A stretch of 63,692 nt of DNA from Candidatus Woesearchaeota archaeon. Its GTDB lineage: Archaea > Nanobdellota > Nanobdellia > Woesearchaeales > ARS49. Shown here piece after piece: positions 48,571 to 58,507 of the stretch. The notes beneath the pieces were generated by a model. The model was not told the DNA's origin. It worked only from the letters and a program-made list of their open reading frames with translations, and did no database searches. The stretch lies in assembly GCA_038868995.1 (NCBI GenBank), contig JAWCRZ010000006.1, positions 1 to 63,692 on the forward strand, read 5' to 3'. Each line of letters starts with the position of its first letter. Positions within the stretch are counted from its first letter, which is position 1. The translations under genes and the position numbers were made by a program.

Positions 48571-48929
48571 CCAAGGAGTTTCAGGTCCTTTGCCTTTGGT
48601 TTTTGCTTGAGTAATTGTTCTATAGTGAGAGCTTTGCCCTTAGCCTCTTCTATACGGTTCTTTGCACCAGAGCTGAACGACAAGGCAGCAACAACAACAC
48701 CGTGCGGCAAAGCGCCAGAACCAAGCACTTTGCCCGGAACAACAACAGTTTCATTTGGCTTTGCATGAAGAGCAATACGACTAATGTTAACCACGCGCCT
48801 CTGTCTTGTCGGCTTTTCCAAATCATCAGCAACCCGGTCCCAAAGAGCAGCGTTTGAAATAGTGCTTTCCTTGCGCAAGCTCCGAATGAGCTCCTGCAAT
48901 ACCGGATTTGTTGGTCCTGTGCGTTTCAT
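48567..48929 (-). CDS. rpl18e: 50S ribosomal protein eL18
   Basis: TNP, RRVVNISRI, VVPGKVLGSG; start MKRTG at 48929. Confidence 0.95.
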   Translation of the reverse strand: MKRTGPTNPVLQELIRSLRKESTISNAALWDRVADDLEKPTRQRRVVNISRIALHAKPNETVVVPGKVLGSGALPHGVVVAALSFSSGAKNRIEEAKGKALTIEQLLKQKPKAKDLKLLG

Positions 48930-48957
48930 GTTCGTTGACTTTAATTTAAGGCTTCGC

Positions 48958-49087
48958 AGCCATATTCGAGAGGGCGGCGAGCCCTCTCGAGCTCTACAGC
49001 TATATATGCGGGGGAAGATATCGACACCGTGGTGTCGGCTTCCCACGCAGCCGTTTTATTTAGCGGCTACGTGTTCCGCGCTTGACT
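48958..49087 (-). other. Structured spacer between tRNA-Leu and rpl18e, with a 12-bp duplicate of the tRNA 3' end
   Basis: atgcgggggaag at 49006-49017 and 49099-49110; three strong hairpins with G-U pairs on the minus strand. Confidence 0.55.
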
Positions 49088-49099
49088 ATGCTACTTTAA

Positions 49100-49185
49100 T
49101 GCGGGGGAAGGGATTTGAACCCTCGCATCCACTAAGGAACTGGCACCTCAAGCCAGCGCATTTGACCAGGCTCTGCCACCCCCGC
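49100..49185 (-). tRNA. tRNA-Leu(GAG)
   Basis: GCGGGGG/CCCCCGC, A73, CTGGC-TTGAGGT-GCCAG, long variable arm. Confidence 0.93.
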
Positions 49186-49225
49186 GTAAAGGGTATTTAC
49201 AGCCGTTCACTTCTCAATCCAGTGG

Positions 49226-49993
49226 TTACTTTCCGAACTTGCCGGCAAATTCTTCCAGCAATTCGTTAAAGTGGTCAGAGGCACTTGCCAAAATCTCCGA
49301 GGGACTCAACTGCCCCCAAGGCTCTATGTTGAACACGAACGTCGTCGGATCGTGCTCAATCCTGACAATTTCATCATTCACGCCGTCGCACGCCTCATAC
49401 AAATCGTGCTGCTCAATTAATTTTGCATCAATCTTGCCGTTATTGAATATCTGCGGCGGATACTTGTCCTTGAACTTGTCAAAATCCTTGTGATTATTGT
49501 TAACAGTAACTTTTGGCTTGTATGTGTACCATGCAAGACAAGGTGAAAACTTCACATGTGTTTTTCCTATACCCAAAATTGCAGTTGCCTCAAGCTCAAG
49601 TTCCTGACCTTTCAACAGCTTTACAATAGGCGTCTTTGGGAAAACAGGCTTTACCTTCGGGTCCTTGCACTTCAAATCCTCTGCATACACAGTGCACGGA
49701 CCCTTTGCCTTCAAAGTGAGCTTTACAGAGTTCTTCGCGCTTAACTCATCCTCCGGCTTCTTGACTTCATATCCTTTCAAGTCGGTTGTGAGCGGAAGCA
49801 GACCAAGCCGGTGAGCCAGGATTTCATCATACAACGCGCTGTTGTTCTGAACGAACTCTACTTCCTCAATTGCCATTGAAGGAACTGCTTCAATCATAAT
49901 ACGCCTTAATGCATTTGCAAAAGCCGGATTTGCATTCTTCAACATGAAAGTCACTCTTCCCGTCTTCTTGTCCTTTTTTATAAATTCAATCAT
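49226..49993 (-). CDS. rpoD: RNA polymerase subunit D (Rpo3)
   Basis: [30 protein letters not shown]; position after rps11. Confidence 0.95.
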   Translation of the reverse strand: MIEFIKKDKKTGRVTFMLKNANPAFANALRRIMIEAVPSMAIEEVEFVQNNSALYDEILAHRLGLLPLTTDLKGYEVKKPEDELSAKNSVKLTLKAKGPCTVYAEDLKCKDPKVKPVFPKTPIVKLLKGQELELEATAILGIGKTHVKFSPCLAWYTYKPKVTVNNNHKDFDKFKDKYPPQIFNNGKIDAKLIEQHDLYEACDGVNDEIVRIEHDPTTFVFNIEPWGQLSPSEILASASDHFNELLEEFAGKFGK

Positions 49994-50382
49994 ACGCGTC
50001 TGCCTCGCTTGCCGCCCTTCTTCCTACAGCCACCGTGCGGAACCGGCGTTACATCCTCTATAATGCCAATCTTGAGACCCATTCTGCTCAATGCACGAAT
50101 TGCTGCCTGAGCGCCCGGACCAGGAGAATGGGGACCATTATGACCGCCAGGAGCACGAACTTTTACATGGATGCCCTCGACACCCTTTTCCATTGCAGTT
50201 TCAGCTGCACGCTTTGCGGCCATCATAGCGGCAGTGGGAGAGCTTTCCAAACGGTCAGCCTTAACCATCATACCACCGCTCGCCATTGCAAGAGTTTCAG
50301 TGCCTGTAATGTCAGTAATGTGAATTATTGTATCATTGTATGATGCGTAAATGTGAGCCAAGCCCCAGCGGATTTCCCTCAT
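49990..50382 (-). CDS. rps11: 30S ribosomal protein uS11
   Basis: [30 protein letters not shown]. Confidence 0.97.
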   Translation of the reverse strand: MREIRWGLAHIYASYNDTIIHITDITGTETLAMASGGMMVKADRLESSPTAAMMAAKRAAETAMEKGVEGIHVKVRAPGGHNGPHSPGPGAQAAIRALSRMGLKIGIIEDVTPVPHGGCRKKGGKRGRRV

Positions 50383-50993
50383 TCCTGCTCACCTTTCTTC
50401 TCAACTTTTGGCGCTTTGCGCGAAGCGCGCTGCTTTTCAGGAGCAGCCGCGGATTTTGCAATCTCAGCCGTTGGCCTTGACTTGATTGAACGTTCAGGAT
50501 GCTCAGCATTTGCCAATGAACTATTTGCAACAAATGCTATTTGTGCTTCCTCTTCAACAGGAACAAGATAACTTGGAGCGCTGACCTTCTTCGGACCAAC
50601 CATCACATGCTCATGCACGATAAACTGACGCGCCTGGCGAGGAGTTCGTGCAAGGCCTTTCTTTAAGACCAATGTTTGCAAACGCCTGTTAAGCAAGTCC
50701 CTCACAGTCAAAGCAAGAACGTCGTCCAGCTTTGCACCTGCAGGCAACAAACCAAGCCGTGCAACCCGGTCAAGCAGCTGCTTCTTTTCAAGTTCTGCCT
50801 GAGCGGTTCTCAAAGCGAAAAGACGCTTTGCCTGATTTGCAAACGACTTAAGCTTGCTGTTGACCTTCCACAATTCACGCTTTGTAGCAAGACCATATTC
50901 CCTAATAATAACACGCTCCTCCTCAAGACGCGCACGCTGCCATGGATGGCCAGGACCTGCATACTTGCTCCTAAGTTTTCTCGGGTCACCCAT
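50379..50993 (-). CDS. rps4: 30S ribosomal protein uS4
   Basis: MGDP...HPW, YGL..KRE, RRLQT, ARQFIVH. Confidence 0.97.
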   Translation of the reverse strand: MGDPRKLRSKYAGPGHPWQRARLEEERVIIREYGLATKRELWKVNSKLKSFANQAKRLFALRTAQAELEKKQLLDRVARLGLLPAGAKLDDVLALTVRDLLNRRLQTLVLKKGLARTPRQARQFIVHEHVMVGPKKVSAPSYLVPVEEEAQIAFVANSSLANAEHPERSIKSRPTAEIAKSAAAPEKQRASRKAPKVEKKGEQE

Positions 50994-50995
50994 TT

Positions 50996-51469
50996 TTATC
51001 CACCTGCAGGACCGCCCTTCTTGCCAGCAGTCTTAACACCCATAACCTTGCCCTTATTTGCCCTGAAATTGCTTCTAGTACGCTGACCGCGCACAGGCGC
51101 ATTCTGAGAATGACGCACGCCCTTGTAGCACTTAATGCGCTTCATCAGCTTGATATCATTCTCGCGATGAAAAATAAGATCGTTGGTAATGAGGTGTTTG
51201 TCAACGCCTGTGTCAATGTCACGCTGGCGGTTAAACATCCAGGAAGGAATACCGTGCTTTGCAGGGTCTTTGATAATCTCGTCAATCTTCCTGACTTCAG
51301 TTTCTGAAAGATTGCCTGATTTGGACATGCCATCAATCCTGGCAATCTGACAGATAGCGTGTGCAAATGGAACACCAATGCCACGGATGTCCTTCAAAGC
51401 ATAAACTACCGCTTTCTTGCCATCCAAATCGGTATTCGCGATGCGAATCAGGTGTTTGAATTCTGCCAT
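50996..51469 (-). CDS. rps13: 30S ribosomal protein uS13
   Basis: IRIANTDLDG, IPSWMFNR, PVRGQRT. Confidence 0.97.
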   Translation of the reverse strand: MAEFKHLIRIANTDLDGKKAVVYALKDIRGIGVPFAHAICQIARIDGMSKSGNLSETEVRKIDEIIKDPAKHGIPSWMFNRQRDIDTGVDKHLITNDLIFHRENDIKLMKRIKCYKGVRHSQNAPVRGQRTRSNFRANKGKVMGVKTAGKKGGPAGG

Positions 51470-51556
51470 AATACACTGGTAGAATGAAGTAACTCATTCC
51501 ACCCTAATGCGCTCCCAGCTGGAACTCGGGCGATAGATGGGAGGGAAAAGGGGTTG

Positions 51557-51591
51557 TTTATAAAGGTTGTGGTCAGAGTTAGATTTATAAG
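51557..51591. promoter_or_regulatory. Back-to-back TATA boxes for rps13 operon (-) and tRNA-His (+)
   Basis: tttataaa 51557-51564 and tttataag 51584-51591. Confidence 0.55.
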
Positions 51592-51616
51592 TCGCGAGTA
51601 TTGCCTTCACGCCCAT

Positions 51617-51688
51617 GGCGACCGTGGCGTAACGGTAGCGTAGGGGACTGTGACTCCCCTGGACCGGGTTCAACTCCCGGCGGTCGCC
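51617..51688 (+). tRNA. tRNA-His(GTG) with genome-encoded G-1
   Basis: G-1 + GCGACCG/CGGTCGC, C73, GGGGA-CTGTGAC-TCCCC. Confidence 0.93.
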
Positions 51689-51691
51689 CCT

Positions 51692-52174
51692 TCACTTTTT
51701 TCCAAAATGAATTATTGAGCCGGGCAGAACGTAGCCAAAAACATAAACAGCGCCCACCAAAAAAGGATTGTGAGGCGGAGTGGAAAGCTTCATCAAAAAA
51801 ATCAACTTGTTTGAAAGCATTGCAAAAATCCCCACATTTATAATGGCAAGCGCAGGAATGAAAATAGAGGCAATAATGTGCTGGCCCTTCTTCAACTGCT
51901 CGATGTGGTGAAGAATAAAACTGAACATCCAGCCGAAGCTTCCACCAATGAAAAACAAGCTGAAATACAATGGCAAGCCCCTCATTGTAATAAGGAAAGG
52001 AACAAGCACGACTGACAAGATGAAATTGCCCAAAATGGCAATGATGAGCAAAATCCAGTAAAGAGAAGAATCAACAAAACGCATTCCAGCTGACTTTGCC
52101 TTCTCAGCAGACCTCAGAATTTGCTCGGTTTTTGCTGCAAGGTCAGGAGACCACTCTTTGTGCACGTGCGTCAT
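51692..52174 (-). CDS. Hypothetical four-TM membrane protein
   Basis: Hydrophobic ORF, ATGA-coupled to the MinD-like gene. Confidence 0.72.
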   Translation of the reverse strand: MTHVHKEWSPDLAAKTEQILRSAEKAKSAGMRFVDSSLYWILLIIAILGNFILSVVLVPFLITMRGLPLYFSLFFIGGSFGWMFSFILHHIEQLKKGQHIIASIFIPALAIINVGIFAMLSNKLIFLMKLSTPPHNPFLVGAVYVFGYVLPGSIIHFGKK

Positions 52175-52893
52175 ACCAATCCAAGCTTCATCAAAAAAGA
52201 CGGAGCCCGAGTACCAGCAGAATATTCCAAGTTCATAAGTTTTGCGGCAATCTGCTTCAGCGCAATGCTTGCCTGAAGTTCAGGATAATATTCAATAATT
52301 GAATAACCGTAACGCAATGCCTCTCGCATACGCGTCTCGGCAGGAACAACACCAAGAATTGGTTTGGCAAGCAATTGACTGATATTTCCAGGCGACAAAT
52401 CAATACCATCATCATGGGCACGGTTGATAACAATGCCCTCTACATTCGCCAATTTGCAGAGCTTCTGAACATCAAGAATGCTGGGAAAGTCCGGCTGGGT
52501 CACAAGAACAACTGACTCCTTGGAAGCATACCATAATTTATCATGCGTTGGTACATCAACAATGACAACCTGGGCAAGATTCTTCAGCTCCGGCAACAAT
52601 TTAGAAGGATGAGGGCAGTCGATTTCAGTCAAACTGCTTAGCAAAATTTTCAAACCGGACGGGCGCCTGTATATGGCATCTTTTAACTGCCTTGACCCGC
52701 GCATGACTTCCTGAATGCAACGCTCAGCAATAGGCATGCCAACATGATGCCCTAACTTCGGCGTCTTCAAATCGGCATCAACCAACAACACATCAAAGCC
52801 AAAATTACGAAGAGCATAAGCAATATTTTTTGCAATCGTTGTCTTGCCCTGACCAGCATTCCCCGACACCAAGAAAACATTATTCTTGTCCAC
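52171..52893 (-). CDS. MinD/ParA-family ATPase (variant Walker A)
   Basis: SGNAGQGKTT, VLLVDAD, IVDVP, GIVINR; GTG start at 52893. Confidence 0.82.
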   Translation of the reverse strand: MDKNNVFLVSGNAGQGKTTIAKNIAYALRNFGFDVLLVDADLKTPKLGHHVGMPIAERCIQEVMRGSRQLKDAIYRRPSGLKILLSSLTEIDCPHPSKLLPELKNLAQVVIVDVPTHDKLWYASKESVVLVTQPDFPSILDVQKLCKLANVEGIVINRAHDDGIDLSPGNISQLLAKPILGVVPAETRMREALRYGYSIIEYYPELQASIALKQIAAKLMNLEYSAGTRAPSFLMKLGLV

Positions 52894-53347
52894 CTTGCAC
52901 CAGGCGCACAATATAATTTAAAAAATCTTTGGTGCGCTCAAAATAATCAGAGATAATATCAATAGTAATTTCAATACTGCCGCCTTCATCAAGATGCACA
53001 GTCATAGTTACGTGGCGGCGATATTCCTGCGCGCGTGAAAACTTTGCCTTGTCAATACGGCGCAAGAGAAGATAAAAATCACAAAAATCAACAATTGTGC
53101 GGTCATCGGCATAAAGCTTCTTTACCTGCTCCACCTTAATACGGGGAAGCGCTGGAAGATCAGCAATCCTTTTATGCAACTTTGCATGCTTCAGCAAAGC
53201 ATCGAACGCAAAGCCGATTGTGTTAATCAGGCGTTCAATAATACTCTTAATGACATCTACTGTTCGAGTATATTTCAAGCTCACCGCTATACTGTGGTCA
53301 GCACGCTTCAATTCCTGCATTGCCAGTTGAATCGATTCCTCAACCAT
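52880..53347 (-). CDS. Hypothetical protein
   Basis: 155 aa ORF overlapping the MinD-like start. Confidence 0.7.
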   Translation of the reverse strand: MVEESIQLAMQELKRADHSIAVSLKYTRTVDVIKSIIERLINTIGFAFDALLKHAKLHKRIADLPALPRIKVEQVKKLYADDRTIVDFCDFYLLLRRIDKAKFSRAQEYRRHVTMTVHLDEGGSIEITIDIISDYFERTKDFLNYIVRLVQGGQE

Positions 53348-53473
53348 TTAGACAATTCCCTCGGATAGAAAACACTGTGCCTCAACCATACTATGCCTCA
53401 CTACGACTGCGAATTAAAAGAGAAAAGACAGGGAACTATATAAATGCAGTGATGAAAAATTGGTTAACATTTG

Positions 53474-53812
53474 TTATTTCTGCAAACTAAGAATGGCACC
53501 CGCCAGATCGCCTTTAGATGCTTTAATGGCTTTAAAAGCATCGTCATGTGATGCACCAGTCTGGTCCATAACAGTCCGAATGTCCTCTTCCTTTATGTCA
53601 GGCTCTGCAGAACGCTGGCGCTCCTCGGCAGTTCCGGTTATCTGCCAGGACTCTTGCCCCATCATATTTACTTTTGCAACCTGCGGATTGGGAATAACAA
53701 TATCTTTGTCATGGCAGCGGATGATAACTTCCAAAGCTTCAACTTCCTGCTGCTGAATTCCCATCCGCTGCATGGCTTTTGCCAGCTCCCGAGAATTCAT
53801 TTTTGGAATCAT
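53474..53812 (-). CDS. nac: Nascent polypeptide-associated complex protein
   Basis: MQRMGI..EV.A.EVII, QESWQITG, C-terminal UBA (DQTGAS...GDLAGAI). Confidence 0.93.
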   Translation of the reverse strand: MIPKMNSRELAKAMQRMGIQQQEVEALEVIIRCHDKDIVIPNPQVAKVNMMGQESWQITGTAEERQRSAEPDIKEEDIRTVMDQTGASHDDAFKAIKASKGDLAGAILSLQK

Positions 53813-53979
53813 GCGAGAAACGCGCCTGCCCACAAATGCAAAGCGACGACAATCAGGATAATCACTATGGCCATCACGATGACGTGGCCTGGCTTGAACT
53901 CAATCTTGCTGCGGTATTCCTCAAAGTAAGTTGTAATACCAGCAGTGCTCATCGGCATACGTGCTCTTTCTTGCGCCAT
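53809..53979 (-). CDS. secG: Preprotein translocase subunit Sec61beta (archaeal SecG), 56 aa
   Basis: Manual translation MAQERARMPMSTAGITTYFEEYRSKIEFKPGHVIVMAIVIILIVVALHLWAGAFLA; absent from ORF track; ATGA overlap with nac. Confidence 0.88.
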   Translation of the reverse strand: MAQERARMPMSTAGITTYFEEYRSKIEFKPGHVIVMAIVIILIVVALHLWAGAFLA

Positions 53980-54009
53980 GGTTTAAGGAATTTGGTTTTA
54001 ATATATAAA

Positions 54010-54335
54010 GGGTTGGGTAAGCATAAGCTGCCTTTTGTACGCCTCCAACTCAGTGGTGGACACTGATGATGGCATTACCCATCGGGACAGGCGTTCTGAG
54101 CATTCAACTTAGCGCACGTACTGTGCTTGCACCGGCGAGGGCTATCCGTTTCAGCCAAGCGTACGGGAATGTCCGTGCGTTGTGCCAATGTTGCCATCGG
54201 AGTCACACATCATTCTCCCCATACACGGTCCGTTTCTGTGATGGAGCCAACCATTACTGGTTCTCAACGAGTCGCCTTTGAATGGTGGGCAGACTTTCCT
54301 CACTTTACAGCGGAGGCTCAGTACCTACCCAACCC
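54010..54335 (-). ncRNA. rnpB: RNase P RNA
   Basis: P1 GGGUUGGGUA/UACCCAACCC; GAGGAAAGUCUGCC and ACAAAAGGCAGCUUA (P4); ACAGAAAC and GGCUGAAAC conserved regions; TATA at 54358-54365. Confidence 0.93.
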
Positions 54336-54412
54336 GAAGATAAAAACAGTTTGAGGGTTTATAAAGCTTTCGACGAGAAAATTATATAAGGAAGTTAGCT
54401 TAAAGGCGCTGC

Positions 54413-54838
54413 ATGGGAGAACAGATATGCAAGATAGTGGTTGGCGGACTTGTTCTTGGAAAAGATGAGAAATTCGTTCTTGTTGAAGAAGAAAACGGTC
54501 AGCTTAACTTTCCCTGCGGCGGATTAGAAAAGGAAGCAATTGAAGCAGGCGCAAAAAGAGAAATCACAGAAGAAACAGGATTGCGTGTTGCACTTGATTT
54601 TGTCATTGGCGTTTATCATAATCCAAACAGAAATGAAAAGAACGTGATCAAAATTATTTACGCAGCACATCCTGTTGGAGGAAAACTAAGCGACCATCAA
54701 GGAGCTCGGTTTTACACCAGACAAGAGTTTAACAAAATTCCGCGACGCAAATTACGCGACAATGCGGTCTGGATGGCGGTAGATGACTATTTCAAGAACA
54801 GAGAACACTCAAACAGCGTTATCAGGGAGTACAAGTAA
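54413..54838 (+). CDS. Nudix hydrolase
   Basis: PCGGLE...AKREITEETGL Nudix box. Confidence 0.88.
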   Translation: MGEQICKIVVGGLVLGKDEKFVLVEEENGQLNFPCGGLEKEAIEAGAKREITEETGLRVALDFVIGVYHNPNRNEKNVIKIIYAAHPVGGKLSDHQGARFYTRQEFNKIPRRKLRDNAVWMAVDDYFKNREHSNSVIREYK

Positions 54839-55919
54839 AAACAAGAACAGTCAATTCTTCCTGGCCCTGCATAACTTTTCTCTCGGACTCAACTGAAAAT
54901 TTGAATTCTTCTGCTTTTGTTTTCAACAATTCAACGTTTCGCTTCATGCAAACACAGATTTTGCCTGACTTTTTCAGGATAAACTCAGATTGATAGAAGA
55001 ATTGATGGTAGATTTTCTCGACGGTCTTTTCAGCTATGCTTCGGCCGGACTGAACTGGCAGTGCGATAATGCGGTCAAGAAAGTTCTTCCCGAACTTCGC
55101 GTCAAGCCACTTAATATCAGCTCGGCTGAACTCGATTGATTTAACGACACCGGCGATTTTCGCGTTCTTTTTTGCGGCAGAAACATGCTTGAAATTATCA
55201 TCCATGGCAATAATAGTGCCTTTGAAATCAGTTTCTTTGTCTTTCAAAGAGTATTTAAGATTTGGAAGCTTGGCAAAAGCGAGTTTTTCCTTTGCAAACT
55301 TATGAGGAGAAGTGTTTGTTGCAAACAAAGCAGCCTCGATGGGCACTATGCCGTTGCGGCAAAACGGGTCAAGCAATGCATGCTTTGGCTCATATGATGA
55401 AATTGTGAGCAACGCGGCTGCAATGGTGCCTTTCAACGCATCAGTGCCGAGAAAAATTCGGTAATCCCGACGGCCAAGGTCAATGCCGGCAAAATCAACA
55501 CCGAAATAGAATTGGTCGTTTTCTATTAGAAGATAAAAAGTTGTCTGAGGGTTTTTGTGGTCGATTTTGACATTATACAGTTTTGCAAGCGCACTGTTGA
55601 GAACCTGCATGACATCAAAAGAGGTGAACGGGTGATTTCCAATGCGGTCGCATTTCACAACGACAGTTTTGTCAATGAATGGAAGGTCCTTCAACAAAAA
55701 TTCATCCGGCATGTATTTCATAGTGCCTGATTTCAAAAGAAGAATGACTTTTGAAAAAGTCCTGCCATAATAACAGAGGTCGACTAAATCCTGCTCTGAT
55801 GTGCATGAGAAAAATATTTTGCCTTTTTCTGCCTTGATATTTGAAGCAGAAATCAGTTTTTTGATTTCAGCTGAGCTGACATCTTCTATGCCAATGTGAG
55901 TCAGAACAAGCCCGTTCAT
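54822..55919 (-). CDS. THUMP-domain RNA methyltransferase (Trm14/RlmL-like), degenerate motifs
   Basis: [43 protein letters not shown]. Confidence 0.8.
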   Translation of the reverse strand: MNGLVLTHIGIEDVSSAEIKKLISASNIKAEKGKIFFSCTSEQDLVDLCYYGRTFSKVILLLKSGTMKYMPDEFLLKDLPFIDKTVVVKCDRIGNHPFTSFDVMQVLNSALAKLYNVKIDHKNPQTTFYLLIENDQFYFGVDFAGIDLGRRDYRIFLGTDALKGTIAAALLTISSYEPKHALLDPFCRNGIVPIEAALFATNTSPHKFAKEKLAFAKLPNLKYSLKDKETDFKGTIIAMDDNFKHVSAAKKNAKIAGVVKSIEFSRADIKWLDAKFGKNFLDRIIALPVQSGRSIAEKTVEKIYHQFFYQSEFILKKSGKICVCMKRNVELLKTKAEEFKFSVESERKVMQGQEELTVLVFTCTP

Positions 55920-58354
55920 TCTTCCGGGGCAATCTTTGCCAAGCCAATTACCTTGTCCTTTTCATCAAGGCGCATAATACGGACTCCTTGGGTATTTCTG
56001 CCAATCACGCTGATGCCCGTGACAGGCGTGCGGATAAGAACTCCGCTCTGTGAAATAAGCATAAGCTCGTCGTTATCGGTAACAGAAGCGATTCCGACAA
56101 CAGCGCCGTTCTTGTCAGTGATTTTAATGTTGATAACTCCAACACCTCCGCGATTGATAAGACGATAATCAGAAATTGGAGAACGCTTGCCATAACCGTT
56201 CTCGGTAATTGTGACTAATGACAAGTTGTCGTCGGCTATTGTGGCACCGACAACCTGATCATCTCTCAAGCGTATGCCTATAACGCCGGTCGCTGTTCTG
56301 CCCATTGGACGAACATCCCTTTCGTGGAACTTGACAGCCATGCCCTGCTTTGTCGCGATGATAACCTGCTGATTGCCATCAGTAAGCATAACACTCTTAA
56401 GCTCGTCCTTTGGCTCAAGGTTAAGCGCGATAATGCCGCCTTTTCTTGGATTACTGAATTCAGCAAGAGAAGTTTTCTTGACAATGCCGTTTGCAGTAAC
56501 CATGAACAGGAACTTGTTCTCTTCAAACTGCTTGACTGGAATAAAGGCGGTGACTTTTTCGCCCTGGCTCAATTGGAGCAAGTTAACTATTGCAGTGCCT
56601 TTTGCATAACGGGATGCTTCAGGCAGCTGATAGACCTTAATCCAATGCACTTTGCCCAAACTTGTGAAAAAAAGAATGTAATCATGCGTATTTGCAATGA
56701 AAAGATTCTCAATAAAGTCCTCTTCCTTTGCCTCAGCAGCAATAATGCCCTTGCCACCACGACGCTGTTGTTTGTAAGTGTCTACAGGAAGACGCTTGAC
56801 ATATCCTGCGTGAGTTATTGTAATTACATCGTCTTCTGGCTTAATGAGCGCTTCCTCTTCAACAACAGCAACTTCTGTTTCAAGAATCTGCGTGCGACGA
56901 TTATCTCCATATTTTTCCTTCAATTCAAGCAATTCTGCCTTGATAATTCCTAGAATTTTCTGCTCGGAAGCAAGAATGTCCTTGAGGTCTTTTATGAGTT
57001 TCAATAAGTCAGCATGTTCAGTCCTTATTTTGTCCTGCTCCAAGCTTGTCAAGCGGCGCAAGGTCATATCAAGAATCGCCTGTGCCTGCTTTTCAGTCAA
57101 TTTGTAATCTTCCATCAGGCCTTTCTTGGCCTCATCTGCAGATTTTGACTTCTTGATAAGCTGGACAACAGAATCAATATGATTCAAAGCAACAATAAGA
57201 CCTTCAAGCAAATGAGCACGCTCTTCTGCCTGGTGCAAATCAAACTGCGTGCGCCTGCGCACAATATTTCTGCGATGGTTAATATACTCGGATATAATAG
57301 CTTTGAGAGAGAGTAAACGGGGTTGGTTATCGACAAGTGCCAGAAGATTTATTCCAAAGGTTTCCTGCAAACGACTGTGCGTGAAGAGTTGGTTGAGAAC
57401 GACATCAGAATTTGCTCCCTGCTTCAGGTCAATGACAATTCGCATTCCTTCACGGTCAGATTCGTCACGAAGATCTGAAATGCCCTGCACTTTTTTGTCA
57501 CGGACAAGGTCTGCGATGGATTCAAGAAGCTCGGCCTTATTGACCATATAAGGAATTTCTGTTACAATAATACGAGTTTTTGTTTTTGTTTCCTCAATTT
57601 GCGTTTTTGCACGGACAACAATCCTGCCACGGCCGGTTTTATACGCCTCTTTCAAGCCGGAAGTGCCAATAATAATGCCCCCTGTAGGGAAATCAGGGGC
57701 TTTTACAGTCTGCATAAGAGAAGCAACATCAATGTCAGGATTGTCAATGGTTTTAATAATTCCTTCACAGATTTCAGACATATTGTGCGGCGGAATATTG
57801 GTTGCCATGCCAACAGCAATACCTGAACTGCCGTTAACAAGAAGATTAGGAACTTTTGCTGGCAGGACAGAAGGCTCTTGAAGCGAGCCGTCAAAGTTTG
57901 GAACAAATCCAACAGTTTCCTTGTCAATATCTTGAAGAATTTCCTCAGCAAGCTTGTTCAAACGCGCTTCTGTATAACGCATTGCTGCAGCATTATCACC
58001 ATCAATTGAACCAAAATTGCCCTGACCCTGAATGAGTGGATAACGGAGCGAAAAGTCCTGGGCAAGGCGGACCATAGCGTCATAAACAGCCATATCCCCA
58101 TGCGGATGGTATTTACCAAGCACTTCACCCACAATTCTTGCTGATTTTTTGAACGGCTTGGTGTGCAGCATGCCCATGTCATACATTGCGAAAAGGACAC
58201 GGCGATGGACTGGTTTTAAGCCGTCACGAACGTCTGGAATAGCACGCCCAACAATAACAGACATTGAGTAATCCAAGTAAGACGTCTTCATCTCCTGCTC
58301 AATAATGCGGGGGATGATTTTCTCCGGTTTTTTCTCTGCGTTTGTGTCAGACAT
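55916..58354 (-). CDS. gyrA: DNA gyrase subunit A
   Basis: [22 protein letters not shown], GyrA box QRRGGKG, beta-pinwheel repeats; start MSDTN at 58354. Confidence 0.96.
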   Translation of the reverse strand: MSDTNAEKKPEKIIPRIIEQEMKTSYLDYSMSVIVGRAIPDVRDGLKPVHRRVLFAMYDMGMLHTKPFKKSARIVGEVLGKYHPHGDMAVYDAMVRLAQDFSLRYPLIQGQGNFGSIDGDNAAAMRYTEARLNKLAEEILQDIDKETVGFVPNFDGSLQEPSVLPAKVPNLLVNGSSGIAVGMATNIPPHNMSEICEGIIKTIDNPDIDVASLMQTVKAPDFPTGGIIIGTSGLKEAYKTGRGRIVVRAKTQIEETKTKTRIIVTEIPYMVNKAELLESIADLVRDKKVQGISDLRDESDREGMRIVIDLKQGANSDVVLNQLFTHSRLQETFGINLLALVDNQPRLLSLKAIISEYINHRRNIVRRRTQFDLHQAEERAHLLEGLIVALNHIDSVVQLIKKSKSADEAKKGLMEDYKLTEKQAQAILDMTLRRLTSLEQDKIRTEHADLLKLIKDLKDILASEQKILGIIKAELLELKEKYGDNRRTQILETEVAVVEEEALIKPEDDVITITHAGYVKRLPVDTYKQQRRGGKGIIAAEAKEEDFIENLFIANTHDYILFFTSLGKVHWIKVYQLPEASRYAKGTAIVNLLQLSQGEKVTAFIPVKQFEENKFLFMVTANGIVKKTSLAEFSNPRKGGIIALNLEPKDELKSVMLTDGNQQVIIATKQGMAVKFHERDVRPMGRTATGVIGIRLRDDQVVGATIADDNLSLVTITENGYGKRSPISDYRLINRGGVGVINIKITDKNGAVVGIASVTDNDELMLISQSGVLIRTPVTGISVIGRNTQGVRIMRLDEKDKVIGLAKIAPEE

Positions 58355-58507
58355 AAAAGAACAGTTTATCGACGATAAAATAAGGGTGTTTAGGGATTTA
58401 TAATAGTTATTATTTTCTATATAAAAATTAAATGTGGATTTGCCTAAAAAAACAGCATTTCCAGCAAGCAGCAAAGTTTTTAAAAAATCTATTTTTCCCC
58501 ACATTTC

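Noticed and set aside
48930-49046. N-terminal extension of eL18 in the ORF track
   Set aside because: eL18 similarity starts at MKRTG (48929); the extension runs through the structured spacer.
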